Positions 1 to 10,457 of a stretch of 64,000 bases of DNA are shown in pieces. How positions within the stretch are numbered: the first letter of the stretch is position 1; every line of letters begins with the position of its first letter. Source of the stretch: Candidatus Latescibacterota bacterium (GTDB lineage Bacteria; Latescibacterota; UBA2968; UBA8231); contig CBDETY010000003.1 of the NCBI GenBank assembly GCA_965243025.1, positions 1,920,001 to 1,984,000 of the forward strand. The letters are read 5' to 3'. A program made the translations under genes and the position numbers. The notes beneath the pieces were generated by a model that had not been told where the DNA came from, made no database searches, and was given only the letters and a program-made list of their open reading frames with translations.

Positions 1-546
1 GTTCCGGTCAGGGGGCAGGAGCTGCTCAGGTATTTCCCCGGTGAGGCGCCCGTTGACGTACGCCGTGGAGACGTGGACGAAGTCGACCCGCTTGCGGCAG
101 CCCGAGGCGAACTTCATGAGGGCGACCGGGCCGTGGGTGTTGAGGCGGATCGAGTCGTCGAGGGGCTCGTCGAAGACCACGGTCGCGGCGCTGTTGATGA
201 CGGTGTCGATCTCATCGCGCAGGCGGTCGAGCATCGCCGGTTCGACCCCGAAGTCCGGCTTGTCCGTGTCCCAGGGGACGGCGACCACCCTGGCGGCGCG
301 GCGCGCGAAGCCGTCAGGATCGCGGTCGCGGTGGCGGCGGAAGACCGAGTCCTCCGCCAGCATCCGCTCCACCCGCTCTTCGGCGGATAGAACCTGGCGG
401 TTGGGGCCGCGTCCCGGCCGGGCGAAGGCGTAGATCCGCTCCACCCCCGGCAGGTCGCGAAGGATCTTCGCGATCAGGGCCTGGCCGAGGAAACCGGTGC
501 CCCCTGTGATCAGCAGACTGCGGCCGGTGAAATATTCGCGGATCAT
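1..546 (-). CDS. Fatty acyl-CoA reductase-like extended SDR (N-terminal part; runs off window start)
   Basis: Not in ORF track; translates MIREYFTGRSLLITGGTGFLGQALIAKILR...VINSAATVVFDEPL...FVHVSTAYVNG, the TGxTGFLG and HVSTAYV motifs of FAR/NAD_binding_4 proteins. Confidence 0.85.
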   Translation of the reverse strand, partial: MIREYFTGRSLLITGGTGFLGQALIAKILRDLPGVERIYAFARPGRGPNRQVLSAEERVERMLAEDSVFRRHRDRDPDGFARRAARVVAVPWDTDKPDFGVEPAMLDRLRDEIDTVINSAATVVFDEPLDDSIRLNTHGPVALMKFASGCRKRVDFVHVSTAYVNGRLTGEIPEQLLPPDRN

Positions 547-677
547 CTCGTGACCTGTTACGCTATCTCGCGGCGTTGCCAGTGTTCGCCGAACAGACGC
601 GGAGGCCTTGCGAGGCGGGCGCCTCGGCCGGGAAATCCTGGTGATTCATTTACGGGGGGAGACAATTGCGGGAACGA

Positions 678-938
678 TTACTGGTTGGTGGAGTCGGGAA
701 AGTCGGCGGGAAAACGGCCTGATGCCGCCGGGTCCTGTTCGCTTTCTTCCGGTCCGGCCTGTTCCCCTTCCGGGCCTTGCGGCGGCTCGAGCCCCTGTCC
801 GGTAATGTACGGGTGCCTGAGCTGCTTCCTCAGCGCCTCCAGGCGCGGCTCGTCGAGCCGTGCCGGGCCCCCGCCGCCGTTGCCGGTCCTGTCTTCGCGA
901 CGTTTCGCCACTTGCATTCCTTGTCCGGGAAAACTCAT
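678..938 (-). CDS. Possible small hypothetical protein
   Basis: C-terminal part of ORF 678..1982 that fills the intergenic gap; no recognisable motif. Confidence 0.25.
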   Translation of the reverse strand: MSFPGQGMQVAKRREDRTGNGGGGPARLDEPRLEALRKQLRHPYITGQGLEPPQGPEGEQAGPEESEQDPAASGRFPADFPDSTNQ

Positions 939-1013
939 TGAAGATACGCCGCCCCGTGGTGTCAGCAATTTGAGCGGAGGCAGCACCGCCGCCGGGGTAG
1001 AGCAGCAGAGGGG

Positions 1014-1937
1014 ATGAAAAAGGATCCGACAGGAGGGGAACGCTGGACCGTCATCGCCAATCCGGCAGCGGCCCGTGGCCGCGCCACCCGCCTGGCGGCG
1101 GCGGCTTCGCAATTCCTCGAGGAGCGGGGAATCCAGACCGAGCTGCTGGTTTCGGAGAGCCGGGGCCACGCCTGCGAGCTCGCCGGCAAAGCGATCGCCG
1201 AAGGGGCCTGCCGCATCGTCGTGTGCGGAGGCGACGGAACCCTCAACGAGATCCTGCCCGCGGTCGCCGGCTCGGGGGCCGCGGTCGGGCTGCTGCCCTG
1301 CGGTACCGCCAACGACTTCGCGCGCGCCCTGGGGATACCGAGGCGGCCTCGCCAGGCGCTGCGCAACCTGGTCGAGGGGCGCGAGGTCCGCGTCGACCTC
1401 GGGGCCTGCGGCGACCGCTACTTCTGCACCGTCGCCGCCTGCGGATTCGACGCCGAAGTCAGCGAGATGATGCGCGAGGGACGACGCTTGCCGGGAACCG
1501 CGGGTTATCTCTGGGCGGGGCTCCGCCACCTGTTCCGCTTCGAGCCCGCCAAGGTTTCGGCGACCGGGGATTTCGGCCGCCTGGAGGCCGAGGTGCTGCT
1601 CGTCGCCGCCGCGGTTACGCGGAGCTACGGCGGCGGCATGCGAATCGCGCCGCACGCCGATCCGGCGGACGGGAAGTTCGACGTCGTCATCGTCGGGTCG
1701 GTCGCCAGGAGAACGGTGGCGGCGATGCTCCCCCGCCTTTTCCGGGGGGGGCACACCCGGCATCCCGCGGTGCGCATCGAGCGCTCCTCCTTCCTCGAGA
1801 TCGAGACCGGGGGCGGGTCCCGGCCGCTCTACGCCGACGGCGAACCCCTGGGGAGTACGCCGGTTACCCTGCGCACCGCCGCCGGCTCGCTTCGCGCCAT
1901 CGTTCCGGAGGGCCCAACCGAGAGGAGGTGTCCGTGA
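1014..1937 (+). CDS. Diacylglycerol/lipid kinase family (YegS/BmrU)
   Basis: NPAA, GGDGT, LPCGTANDFARALG, YGGG and DGE motifs. Confidence 0.93.
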   Translation: MKKDPTGGERWTVIANPAAARGRATRLAAAASQFLEERGIQTELLVSESRGHACELAGKAIAEGACRIVVCGGDGTLNEILPAVAGSGAAVGLLPCGTANDFARALGIPRRPRQALRNLVEGREVRVDLGACGDRYFCTVAACGFDAEVSEMMREGRRLPGTAGYLWAGLRHLFRFEPAKVSATGDFGRLEAEVLLVAAAVTRSYGGGMRIAPHADPADGKFDVVIVGSVARRTVAAMLPRLFRGGHTRHPAVRIERSSFLEIETGGGSRPLYADGEPLGSTPVTLRTAAGSLRAIVPEGPTERRCP

Positions 1938-2085
1938 CCGCACCGACGCCGCCGAAAAGGAGCGGGACCGGCATGCATGCACCGGCGACCATTCTTGCCC
2001 GCAGCCGCCATTGTCGCCAAATTAGAAGTCCCCCCACTGCAGCGCCGGGCACCGAGCCCACCCCCCTTGAAAGCTGTTGCGCCCA

Positions 2086-3057
2086 ATGGCATCCCGGGCA
2101 CAGAAAATCCGCCTAGCCGTCTTCGTGCTTGCCGCCGGGGGCGTGCTCCTGCTGTTCCTGTTCTACGTAGCGGGAAAAAGCCTCCTCACGCCGCGCCAGA
2201 CCTATTTCGTCGAGTTCCCCGACTCGATCGGGGGGCTGCGCGGCGGGGACAAGGTCAAGTACCTCGGAATCGATGCCGGGCGGGTCGAGAACACCTCGAT
2301 CTCCCCTGACGACCACTCGGTCATCGTCGTCGAGATCTCCATCGAGGGAGACAGGGTCCCCAACGTCATCCGCGAAGACACGCGGGCGCGTCTGCACAGC
2401 GCCGGCCTCACCGGGTTGAAGCACGTCGAGCTCGTGGCCGGATCCCCGGATTCGCCGGTCCTGCCCCCGGGCTCGCGCATCCCCTCGAGCCCGACCTTCC
2501 TGTCTGAAATGGGAGACCGCGCCCAGGAGCTGACCGACAAGATGGAGCTTCTGCTCGAGAACCTGACGGAGATGACCGACCGGGAAAACAGCGCTCAGCT
2601 CAACAGCATGCTCGCCTCGGGCAGCGAGTTCACCGCCAGCGCCAACGATCTGATGAACGACAACCGCCGGCAGATCGATGAAAGCTTTCGCAACCTCGCG
2701 GCAATGACCAGTTCCCTCGCCGGGGCGGCGGCCTCCCTGCACGCGACCATGGATTCGGTGAACGCCCTGCTCACCGACGGCGAGCTGCGCGGCACCCTCT
2801 CCGACCTGCGCAGCACCAGCCGCCACCTGCAGCTTCAGATGGAGGGCCCGGTTCCGCAGCTGCTCGCCAACCTCTCGCGCATGGCCGGCAACATCGACAC
2901 CACCTTCATGCGCCTCGACCGCACCGTGATGCAGGGCCGCCGGAACTTCCTCGACTCGATGCAGGACCTCCAGGAAACGATGCTCAACGTCCGCCAGATG
3001 ACCGAGCTGATCAAGGAGAACCCCTCCATTCTCATCCGCGGCCGCGCCGACCGCTAG
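2086..3057 (+). CDS. MlaD/MCE-domain substrate-binding protein
   Basis: N-terminal TM helix, GLRGGDKVKYLGIDAGRV MCE motif, helical C-terminus ending NPSILIRG. Confidence 0.9.
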   Translation: MASRAQKIRLAVFVLAAGGVLLLFLFYVAGKSLLTPRQTYFVEFPDSIGGLRGGDKVKYLGIDAGRVENTSISPDDHSVIVVEISIEGDRVPNVIREDTRARLHSAGLTGLKHVELVAGSPDSPVLPPGSRIPSSPTFLSEMGDRAQELTDKMELLLENLTEMTDRENSAQLNSMLASGSEFTASANDLMNDNRRQIDESFRNLAAMTSSLAGAAASLHATMDSVNALLTDGELRGTLSDLRSTSRHLQLQMEGPVPQLLANLSRMAGNIDTTFMRLDRTVMQGRRNFLDSMQDLQETMLNVRQMTELIKENPSILIRGRADR

Positions 3058-3061
3058 CTCC

Positions 3062-3859
3062 GTGCCGATGCCTTCATCCATCCCTGTCAGCGCGCGGTTC
3101 CTGCGAGGAGCAGCGATCCCCTTCCTCGCCGCCTGCGCTTCCTGCACGAGCCTGATCGGGGGCAAGGCGGAGATCCGCGAGAACCGCAAGTTCATCATCG
3201 AGTCCGGGCAGCTGGAGCTTAACCTGCCGAACTCGGAGCGCCCCTACGCCCTGCACGTGGAGGTCGGCAAGTTCGACGTCTCCAGGCTGTACGACCGCAA
3301 CCGGATCATCCTCAGAAAGTCCGCCGAGGAGGTCCGCGACATGGACTACCACTCCTGGGCGGTGCGGCCGAGCGAGATGATCACCGACGCGGTCGAGGGC
3401 TACCTGAAAGAAGCCCGCCTGTTCACCGACATCCGCCAGGACTTCGTCGACGTCATCCCCGAATACAGGATCACCGGCACCGTCAAGTCGCTGGAACGGC
3501 TCGACAGCGGCGACCAGTGGTACGCCAACTTCAGGCTGTCGGTGCAGCTTGTCGACGGCAGGAACGAGGTCGTCAAGAGGTGGGACTTCGACGACGAGGC
3601 GGAGCGCGTGTACCACCGGGATTTCGTGCACACCGTGTCGGCCTTCAACGAGCTGCTCAGGCGCTTCATGTACCGGGTGGTCCGCGACATGGACCACATG
3701 TTCCTCATCCGCAAGCTGCAGCGCGAGAACCGGCCGTACCAGCACATTCTCGACGTTCCGAACGGCCGCGCTGCGGCGCCCGCCGACACCGCGGTCAGCG
3801 ACACCACCCGGGAGGCCCCGAATCCCGACTACGACATCATCCCCGGAAAGGGGCTGTAG
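3062..3859 (+). CDS. ABC-type transport auxiliary lipoprotein (PqiC-like)
   Basis: Lipobox-like Cys, YHSWAVRPSEMI motif, position directly after the MCE gene. Confidence 0.75.
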   Translation: MPMPSSIPVSARFLRGAAIPFLAACASCTSLIGGKAEIRENRKFIIESGQLELNLPNSERPYALHVEVGKFDVSRLYDRNRIILRKSAEEVRDMDYHSWAVRPSEMITDAVEGYLKEARLFTDIRQDFVDVIPEYRITGTVKSLERLDSGDQWYANFRLSVQLVDGRNEVVKRWDFDDEAERVYHRDFVHTVSAFNELLRRFMYRVVRDMDHMFLIRKLQRENRPYQHILDVPNGRAAAPADTAVSDTTREAPNPDYDIIPGKGL

Positions 3860-3860
3860 C

Positions 3861-5402
3861 ATGCGCCGGTGGCGTTCCGCCCCCTCGGGCGTCGGCCTCC
3901 TCTTCCTCGCGGTCCTGGCGGTCGGCGTCGCGACCGCCGACGAGAGCACCTGGTCGGCGCCTCCCGCACGCGTGCAGCTGGCCGAGGATCCGCAGCTGAT
4001 CCCCAAGGGGAAGGGGATGCTGTTCGTGCCGATGATGAGCGTCCCCCACGGCAACGAGCCCAGCTACCAGATCTACAGGAAAGGGGGTGAACACATCGGG
4101 TCCGCCAGTCCCGGAAGCGGCGTGCTCCTGCCCCCCGGAAGCTACCGGGTGCGCATCGGTTCCGGGGCGATCTCGCAGATGATCAGGAAGACGGTGGAAA
4201 TATTGGAGGGGAGCAGCACCCTGCTCAAACCGGACTGGTCCGCCCTGGTTATCGACGTCATCGACCAGACCCGCACCCCGGTCAGCGAATCGTACGAACT
4301 CTACCAGGAGCAGACCCAGGAGAACTTCGGCCAGGGACTCGGAATCGAGGAAGAGCGCGGGGAAAAGGTACGCACCTGGATCCTCAAGCCCGGCGTCTAC
4401 CACGTGGTCAAGGTCGGCGAGTCGTTCTCGACCATCCGCAAGTTCAGCGTCCGTCTCGAACCGGGGAAGCTGGTGCAGCGCGACCTCGTTTATGACGACG
4501 ACGCCGGCAACTACATCGGCTTCTACGCGCGCCCGGTGCTGCCGTACGGGACCGCCCGCATCGCCAGGAACGTCACCTCGCAGACCGAGCTCAGCGGTTC
4601 GACCCTGTTCCACACCTCCCAGAACACCGCAGGCGAGGACATGGCGAGCACCTCGCTGTCGCTGCAGGTCTTCAACCGGACCCGCTACAGCACCGACCGG
4701 CACTTCGCAAACCTGCGCCTGATCTTCGAGGAGGGGGCCACCCAGGAGGGGGACAATGGCTTCCACAAGTCCATCGACAAGCTCGAGCTGCGGGGCACCT
4801 ACATCTACCGCGTGTCGACCGCCTTCGGGCCCTACCTGCGGGGGGTGCTAAACACCAAGCTGTTCTCCGACGACGTGTCGTTCGATCGTCCCCTCGAGGG
4901 GGACTTCATCAAGTACGGCGCAGCGGGCGACACCCTGAGCATAATCCCCAACCCGGCCGAGGTGACCCTGTCCCCCGCGTTCTTCCCCCTTCGTCTTCGC
5001 CAGGGTATCGGGATCAACTCCCAGCTCGTGCGCTCGTTCGCCCTCAACGCCGACGTCCGCCTCGGCTTCGGAGCGCGGCAGACCTACGTCTCCGACTCGT
5101 TCGAGCTCGCCTCGACCGAGCGCTCCGCGACCGAACTCCAGAACGCCTTCAGCACCGGTTTCGAGGCGGTGTTCATCACCGACGCGCGCCTGGCCAAATC
5201 GATCAACTTCGACTCGGAATTCGACATCCTCATCCCGGGCAGGAACAGGGACGACTGGGTGTTCAGCTGGCAGAACCGCCTGCGCATCTTTCTCACAAGC
5301 TTCATCAACCTCGACCTGGTGGCCGATCTCGAGCGCGAGGAGACACTGAAGCGGCTGCAGGGACGGGAGCAGATCCTGCTGCGGTTCTCCCGTTTCATCT
5401 GA
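3861..5402 (+). CDS. Secreted/outer-membrane protein with probable C-terminal beta-barrel
   Basis: Signal peptide from ATG 3861, alternating beta-strand pattern, ends LLRFSRFI; inside the Mla operon. Confidence 0.6.
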   Translation: MRRWRSAPSGVGLLFLAVLAVGVATADESTWSAPPARVQLAEDPQLIPKGKGMLFVPMMSVPHGNEPSYQIYRKGGEHIGSASPGSGVLLPPGSYRVRIGSGAISQMIRKTVEILEGSSTLLKPDWSALVIDVIDQTRTPVSESYELYQEQTQENFGQGLGIEEERGEKVRTWILKPGVYHVVKVGESFSTIRKFSVRLEPGKLVQRDLVYDDDAGNYIGFYARPVLPYGTARIARNVTSQTELSGSTLFHTSQNTAGEDMASTSLSLQVFNRTRYSTDRHFANLRLIFEEGATQEGDNGFHKSIDKLELRGTYIYRVSTAFGPYLRGVLNTKLFSDDVSFDRPLEGDFIKYGAAGDTLSIIPNPAEVTLSPAFFPLRLRQGIGINSQLVRSFALNADVRLGFGARQTYVSDSFELASTERSATELQNAFSTGFEAVFITDARLAKSINFDSEFDILIPGRNRDDWVFSWQNRLRIFLTSFINLDLVADLEREETLKRLQGREQILLRFSRFI

Positions 5403-5412
5403 CCTCTCGACC

Positions 5413-6507
5413 ATGAGCGAGGTCGCAAACGTCGACGAGGGGATCCGCCTCACCGGCCCCCTGACCCTGGAGACCCTGCCCGGCCTCGAAGGCCGCTGCC
5501 GGCGGCTGATCGACGGCCATCCGCGCACCCGCCTGTCGGCCGACGTCGCCGCCGTGAGCGAGATCGACACCGCCGGCGTCGTCTTCCTGCGCGGCCTCCC
5601 GGGCGCCGCCGGGGCCGCCGGCAAGGAGCTGGTGGTCGGTCCCCTGCCCGACGATCTGCAACCGTTCTTCGACTTCGTGCGGCCTCCGCAGGCCGCCGCC
5701 AGCGAAGCGCCAGCCCGTCCTGAACTCCGCCAGCGCTGCGGAGACGCCGCCGAGGAGTTCGTCGACCGCGCCGCGGATTTCCTCTATCTCGGCTCCGACC
5801 TCACCTGGTCGGCGGCCGCGGCGATCTTCCGGAGGTTCGGCATCCGCCGCGGCGCCTTCGTCGACCAGGCGGTCGCGGTCGGCTCCCGGGGCCTGCCCAT
5901 CGTCGCCCTCATCCTGTTCCTCATCGGAGGCGTATCGACGCTTCAGGCCGCCGCACAGCTGCGGCAGTTCGGGGCCAACATCTTCGTCGCCGACCTGCTC
6001 GCCATCGGCATCAGCCGCGAGCTCGGGCCGCTGATGACGGCGATCATCGTCGCCGGGCGCAGCGGCTCGGCGATCGCCGCCGAGATCGCCACCATGAAGT
6101 TCACCGAGGAGATCGACGCCCTGCGCACCATGGCTCTCGACCCGCTGCGCATGGTCGCCGTTCCCAAGATGTGGGCGATGCTGGCCACGGTTCCCCTGCT
6201 GACGGTGATGGCGGTCTTCTTCGGCCTTCTCGGGGGCACCCTCACCGGGGTCCTCTCCCTCGACATCGCCGCGGCTACCTTCGTCGCCCGCATCGCCGAC
6301 GCCCTGCAGCTCAAGGACATCCTCACCGGCCTGGTCAAGAGCGTCTCCTTCGCCTGGATCATCACCGTGATCGGCGTCCACCGCGGCCTCACCTCCAGCG
6401 GGGGAACTACCGGGGTCGGCGTCTCCACGACCTCGTCGGTGGTCAGCTCGATCTTCGGCATCATCGTCCTCGACCTCGCCTGGGGTCTGATCTTCTACAT
6501 GGGGTGA
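5413..6507 (+). CDS. mlaE: MlaE permease with N-terminal STAS domain
   Basis: IDTAG STAS motif; RELGPLMTAIIVAGRSGSAIAAEIATMKFTEEIDAL. Confidence 0.93.
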   Translation: MSEVANVDEGIRLTGPLTLETLPGLEGRCRRLIDGHPRTRLSADVAAVSEIDTAGVVFLRGLPGAAGAAGKELVVGPLPDDLQPFFDFVRPPQAAASEAPARPELRQRCGDAAEEFVDRAADFLYLGSDLTWSAAAAIFRRFGIRRGAFVDQAVAVGSRGLPIVALILFLIGGVSTLQAAAQLRQFGANIFVADLLAIGISRELGPLMTAIIVAGRSGSAIAAEIATMKFTEEIDALRTMALDPLRMVAVPKMWAMLATVPLLTVMAVFFGLLGGTLTGVLSLDIAAATFVARIADALQLKDILTGLVKSVSFAWIITVIGVHRGLTSSGGTTGVGVSTTSSVVSSIFGIIVLDLAWGLIFYMG

Positions 6508-6512
6508 CGGCG

Positions 6513-7262
6513 ATGGCGGCGGATTCTGCGGCGGTCCCGGCGATCGACATAACGCGGCTGCGCGTGGCCTACGGCGACTTCCTCGTGCTGCGCGACATCA
6601 GCCTGCGCGTCGAGCAGGGAGACGTCGCCGTCATCGTCGGCGGCAGCGGCTGCGGCAAGAGCACCCTGCTCAAGGCAGCCATCGGCCTGGTGGAACCGAG
6701 CTCGGGGGAGGTGCGCCTGCTGGGATCGGAGCTGCGCTCCCTGGAGGAATCCCGGCAGGATGCGCTCAAGAAGCGGATCGGGGTGATGTTCCAGTACGGG
6801 GCCCTGCTCAACTCGCTGACGATCGGCGAGAACGTCGCCCTGCCCCTGGAGATGCACACCGACCTCGACCCGGGCCTGGTGCGCGAGGTGGTTTCGACGC
6901 GGCTGCATCTGGTCGGCATCGGGCAGGCGGTCGACCGCTACCCGAACGAGCTTTCCGGCGGCATGCGCAAGCGCGCCGCCCTGGCCCGCGCCATGGCCCT
7001 GGAACCGGACATCCTGTTCTGCGACGAGCCGGGGGCCGGGCTCGATCCGGTGACCGCGGCCGAGGTCGACCGCCTGCTGCTGACCGTCAACCGCAGCCTC
7101 GGCGTAACCCTCGTCGTCGTCACCCACGAGCTGCTCAGCATCGACAGACTCGGGGGCCGCCTGCTGATGCTCGCCGGTGGGGAGGTGCTGTTCTCGGGCC
7201 CCTCGGAGGAAGCGCGCCGCTCCGGGAAGCCGGAGCTCGCGGAGTTCTTCCGCCCGCAGTGA
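6513..7262 (+). CDS. mlaF: MlaF ABC ATPase
   Basis: GGSGCGKST, LSGGMRKRAALARA, DEPGAGLDP, VTHE. Confidence 0.93.
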   Translation: MAADSAAVPAIDITRLRVAYGDFLVLRDISLRVEQGDVAVIVGGSGCGKSTLLKAAIGLVEPSSGEVRLLGSELRSLEESRQDALKKRIGVMFQYGALLNSLTIGENVALPLEMHTDLDPGLVREVVSTRLHLVGIGQAVDRYPNELSGGMRKRAALARAMALEPDILFCDEPGAGLDPVTAAEVDRLLLTVNRSLGVTLVVVTHELLSIDRLGGRLLMLAGGEVLFSGPSEEARRSGKPELAEFFRPQ

Positions 7263-7305
7263 CGCCCCCCGCCCCAGGTGAATCCCCCTTCCCGCCGGGA
7301 CCGAC

Positions 7306-8001
7306 TTGAAACCGATTCCCCCCTTCCTCGCCCGCCTCCCCGACCGCTTCCGCAGGAACGGGTTGGTGCGCGGTTTCCGCGCCTCGTACCTGGCGCGGAT
7401 CTGCCGCCCCGCCACCGTCTTCGACGTCGGCGTCGGACGCGGCACCGACGAGCTGTACCGCGCCTTCCCCGAAGCGAGGGTGCTGTTGATCGAGCCGCTG
7501 GCCGAGTACCGCCAGGCCCTCGAGCGGATCTCCGGGAAGTACGACTGCCGGATCATCGACAAGGCGGTCGGCAGCCGCTGCGGACAGGCGGAAATCGCCG
7601 TCGACACGGGCGATCCGCACAAGTCCTCTTTCGGGCGCCGCACCGGCCCGGGGTCGCCGGGGGGTTCGCTGGCGGCCCGCACCGTCGAGATGACGACGCT
7701 GGACCGGATCCTGCGGGAACACCCGGACCTCGAGCCCCCCTTCCTCCTCAAGATCGACACCGAGGGACACGAGCTCGAAGTGGTCGAAGGGGCTCAGGAG
7801 CTGCTGCGACGGACCGAGGTCGTCATCGCCGAGGTCTCGGTCGCCGAACGCTTCGAGGAGGGGTACCGGTTCGAGGAGTTCGTCGCCGCCATGGGGGCCC
7901 GCGGCTTCCGGGTGTTCGACTTCCTCAGGGTCCGCTACGAAAAGAAGGCGCCGGGGACGAGGTTTGCCGACATCGTTTTCAAAAAGGCGGATGCGGGATG
8001 A
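7306..8001 (+). CDS. FkbM family methyltransferase
   Basis: VFDVGVGRG, IEP, LLKIDTEGHELEVVEGA. Confidence 0.88.
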   Translation: MKPIPPFLARLPDRFRRNGLVRGFRASYLARICRPATVFDVGVGRGTDELYRAFPEARVLLIEPLAEYRQALERISGKYDCRIIDKAVGSRCGQAEIAVDTGDPHKSSFGRRTGPGSPGGSLAARTVEMTTLDRILREHPDLEPPFLLKIDTEGHELEVVEGAQELLRRTEVVIAEVSVAERFEEGYRFEEFVAAMGARGFRVFDFLRVRYEKKAPGTRFADIVFKKADAG

Positions 8002-8519
8002 AGATCGTCCTTATGGCGGCGGTCTCTCCGGACCGCGTCATCGGCAGGGGAGGCGCCATACCCTGGCATTACCCGGCCGATATGCGCTACGTCAGACAGA
8101 CGACCACCGGCCACCCCTGCGTGATGGGGCGGAAGACCTGGGAATCCCTCCCCCGCCGGCCGCTTCCCGGGCGGCCGAACCTCGTCCTCACCGGACAGGC
8201 CGACTACGAGGTCGCTGCCGGAGTGATCGTCTGCGCCAGCTTCGAAGAAGCGCGGCGGCGCTGCGAGGGGATGGGGGCCGGGCGCATGTTCGTTCTGGGA
8301 GGAGAGGGCGTCTTCCGCGAGGCGATGTCGGCGGCGGACGAGATGCTGATCACCCATGTTCCCGACCGCGTCGCTGGGGACGTGCATTTTCCGTTATGGG
8401 ACGAGCGGGAATGGCTCCTGGAAGAGAGCCGGGAAGAGGAAGGGCTGCGCTTCGCGAGGTACGTCCGCCGGCGCGGCGGCAATCGAACCGAAAGGAAAGA
8501 GACGGAGAGCGATGTTTGA
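7998..8519 (+). CDS. folA: Dihydrofolate reductase
   Basis: VIGRGGAIPWHYPAD, VMGRKTWESL, PLPGRPNLVLT, GDVHFP; true start ATG 7998 inside ORF 7278..8519. Confidence 0.93.
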   Translation: MKIVLMAAVSPDRVIGRGGAIPWHYPADMRYVRQTTTGHPCVMGRKTWESLPRRPLPGRPNLVLTGQADYEVAAGVIVCASFEEARRRCEGMGAGRMFVLGGEGVFREAMSAADEMLITHVPDRVAGDVHFPLWDEREWLLEESREEEGLRFARYVRRRGGNRTERKETESDV

Positions 8520-9711
8520 ACACCTCGATCAGGCCCCGGCCGACCCGATCCTGGGTCTGACCGCGGCCTTCAGGGAAGACCCGGCCCCCGGCAAGATAAA
8601 CCTCGGGGTCGGCGTGTACTGCGACGACCGGGGGGAGACCCCGGTATTCGCCGCGGTAAAGGAGGCGGAAACCCGTCTGCTGGCCGCCCAGTCGACGAAG
8701 AACTACCTGCCGATCGACGGCACCGCGGACTTCGGCCGCGAGGTGCGGAAACTGCTGTTCGGGCCGGAACTGGCCGATCGGTACGGCGCCGCCGCGGTGA
8801 CGGTGCAGGCTCCCGGCGGCACCGGGGCCCTGCGCCTGGCCGGCGATTTCCTCAAGCGCCTGTTCCCCGGCGCCGGCGTCTGGCTCAGCGAGCCGACGTG
8901 GGCAAACCACTCCCAGGTGTTCGCCGCCGCGGGCCTGGGGACCGCCACCTGCCCCTACTTCGACTCCGACGCCAACGGCCTCGACTTCGATGCCTTCTGC
9001 GCTTCACTGGAATCGGTGCCGGCGGGGGACGCGGTTCTGCTGCACGGCTGCTGCCACAACCCGACCGGGGTCGACCCGACTCCGGAGCAGTGGCGGCGGA
9101 TCGGGGGAATCCTCGCCTCCCGCGGCGCCGTCCCGCTGGTCGATTTCGCCTACCAGGGGCTGGGCGCCGGGATCGAGGAGGACGCCGCCGGGCTGCGCGA
9201 GCTGACCGCCTGTTGCGGCGAGCTCCTGGTCGCCAACTCCTTCTCGAAGAACTTCGGCCTCTACCGGGAGCGGGTCGGCTCGCTGACCGCGGTGTGCCGC
9301 TCCCCGGAGCAGGGCGCGGCCGTGCTCAGCCATCTCAAGACCTGCGCCCGCAGCAACTTCTCCAACCCCCCGGCCCACGGATCGGCCATCGTTACCGAGG
9401 TCCTGCAGGACGAGCGGCTGCGGTCGGACTGGGACCGCGAGCTCGGGGAGATGCGCGACCGCATCAACGGGGTTCGCCGACTGTTCGTGGAGACCCTCGA
9501 GGACCGGGGTGTGGACCGGGACTTCAGCTTCATCGAGCGGCAGCGGGGGATGTTCTCCTTTTCCGGACTGGACCCCGGACAGGTAGCCCGCCTGCGGGAA
9601 AGGCACTCGATCTACATCGTCGACTCCGGGCGCATCAACGTCGCCGGAATCACGTCGGGGAACATCGACAGGCTGTGCCGGGCGATCGCCGAGGTGATCG
9701 CCGAAAACTGA
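8512..9711 (+). CDS. aspC: Aspartate/aromatic aminotransferase (class I)
   Basis: MFEHLDQAPADPILGL, HGCCHNPTG, DFAYQG, SFSKNFGLYRERVG. Confidence 0.93.
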   Translation: MFEHLDQAPADPILGLTAAFREDPAPGKINLGVGVYCDDRGETPVFAAVKEAETRLLAAQSTKNYLPIDGTADFGREVRKLLFGPELADRYGAAAVTVQAPGGTGALRLAGDFLKRLFPGAGVWLSEPTWANHSQVFAAAGLGTATCPYFDSDANGLDFDAFCASLESVPAGDAVLLHGCCHNPTGVDPTPEQWRRIGGILASRGAVPLVDFAYQGLGAGIEEDAAGLRELTACCGELLVANSFSKNFGLYRERVGSLTAVCRSPEQGAAVLSHLKTCARSNFSNPPAHGSAIVTEVLQDERLRSDWDRELGEMRDRINGVRRLFVETLEDRGVDRDFSFIERQRGMFSFSGLDPGQVARLRERHSIYIVDSGRINVAGITSGNIDRLCRAIAEVIAEN

Positions 9712-9810
9712 GTCTCTTGCAGGAGGGGTATGCGGGCGGCTTCAACCGGCGGCGGCAGGGTCGCTAAACGACTGCCGACGCGGAACAGGCGCATGGGAAC
9801 GATAACTTCC

Positions 9811-10380
9811 ATGAACAGGGACCTGAAGGGAGTTCTTGCACCGCTGATCCTGCTGGCACTCGGGTGTGCCGACGGAGGCGGGAGCCCGGTCCGCCCTCCC
9901 GGCGCCACGTTGCCCGGTACCTGGATCGACTCCCGGGATTCGGGGAACCATATCGTCTTCCGCACCGACGGTACCTTTCGCAGGGTTGCCGGCGGCGATA
10001 CAGCGGACGGCTCGTGGCAGGCTGCGAACGGAATATTGACGCTGCGCTGCGAAGGGACGTACAAGCCGGTGATAACTGGAGACTCCCTCCACTTCGAGGC
10101 AGTGCAGCGAGGGTGTTCGCGGATGGCCGATTGCGTCTTCACCGGAGTGGGACAGGAACTGGAGGGCACCGACTGGCTGGACGAGTTCGGCCTCGTGCTG
10201 CGGTTCGACTCAGAGGGCTACTACCTCTGGGGCGATGCCCTGGAAGAGGGCACCTGGGTCCGCGAGGGCCGGAACATCCGGGTCATCTCGGTCGACAGAC
10301 CCACTTACCTGATCGACGGAGACCTGCTCATGATACGGCGCCATGACGAATCCGAAGGCACGACGTTCCGGCGAGGTTGA
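9811..10380 (+). CDS. Hypothetical lipoprotein with two small beta-repeat domains
   Basis: LALGC lipobox; repeated GTW/GSW...FxxDG pattern. Confidence 0.6.
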   Translation: MNRDLKGVLAPLILLALGCADGGGSPVRPPGATLPGTWIDSRDSGNHIVFRTDGTFRRVAGGDTADGSWQAANGILTLRCEGTYKPVITGDSLHFEAVQRGCSRMADCVFTGVGQELEGTDWLDEFGLVLRFDSEGYYLWGDALEEGTWVREGRNIRVISVDRPTYLIDGDLLMIRRHDESEGTTFRRG

Positions 10381-10457
10381 GCCACGCAGCCCGTCGATGA
10401 GTTGCTCAGCGAGCGCCAGGGCCGGTCCGCAGCCCGGATGGGCTCGTCAACGGGCTG

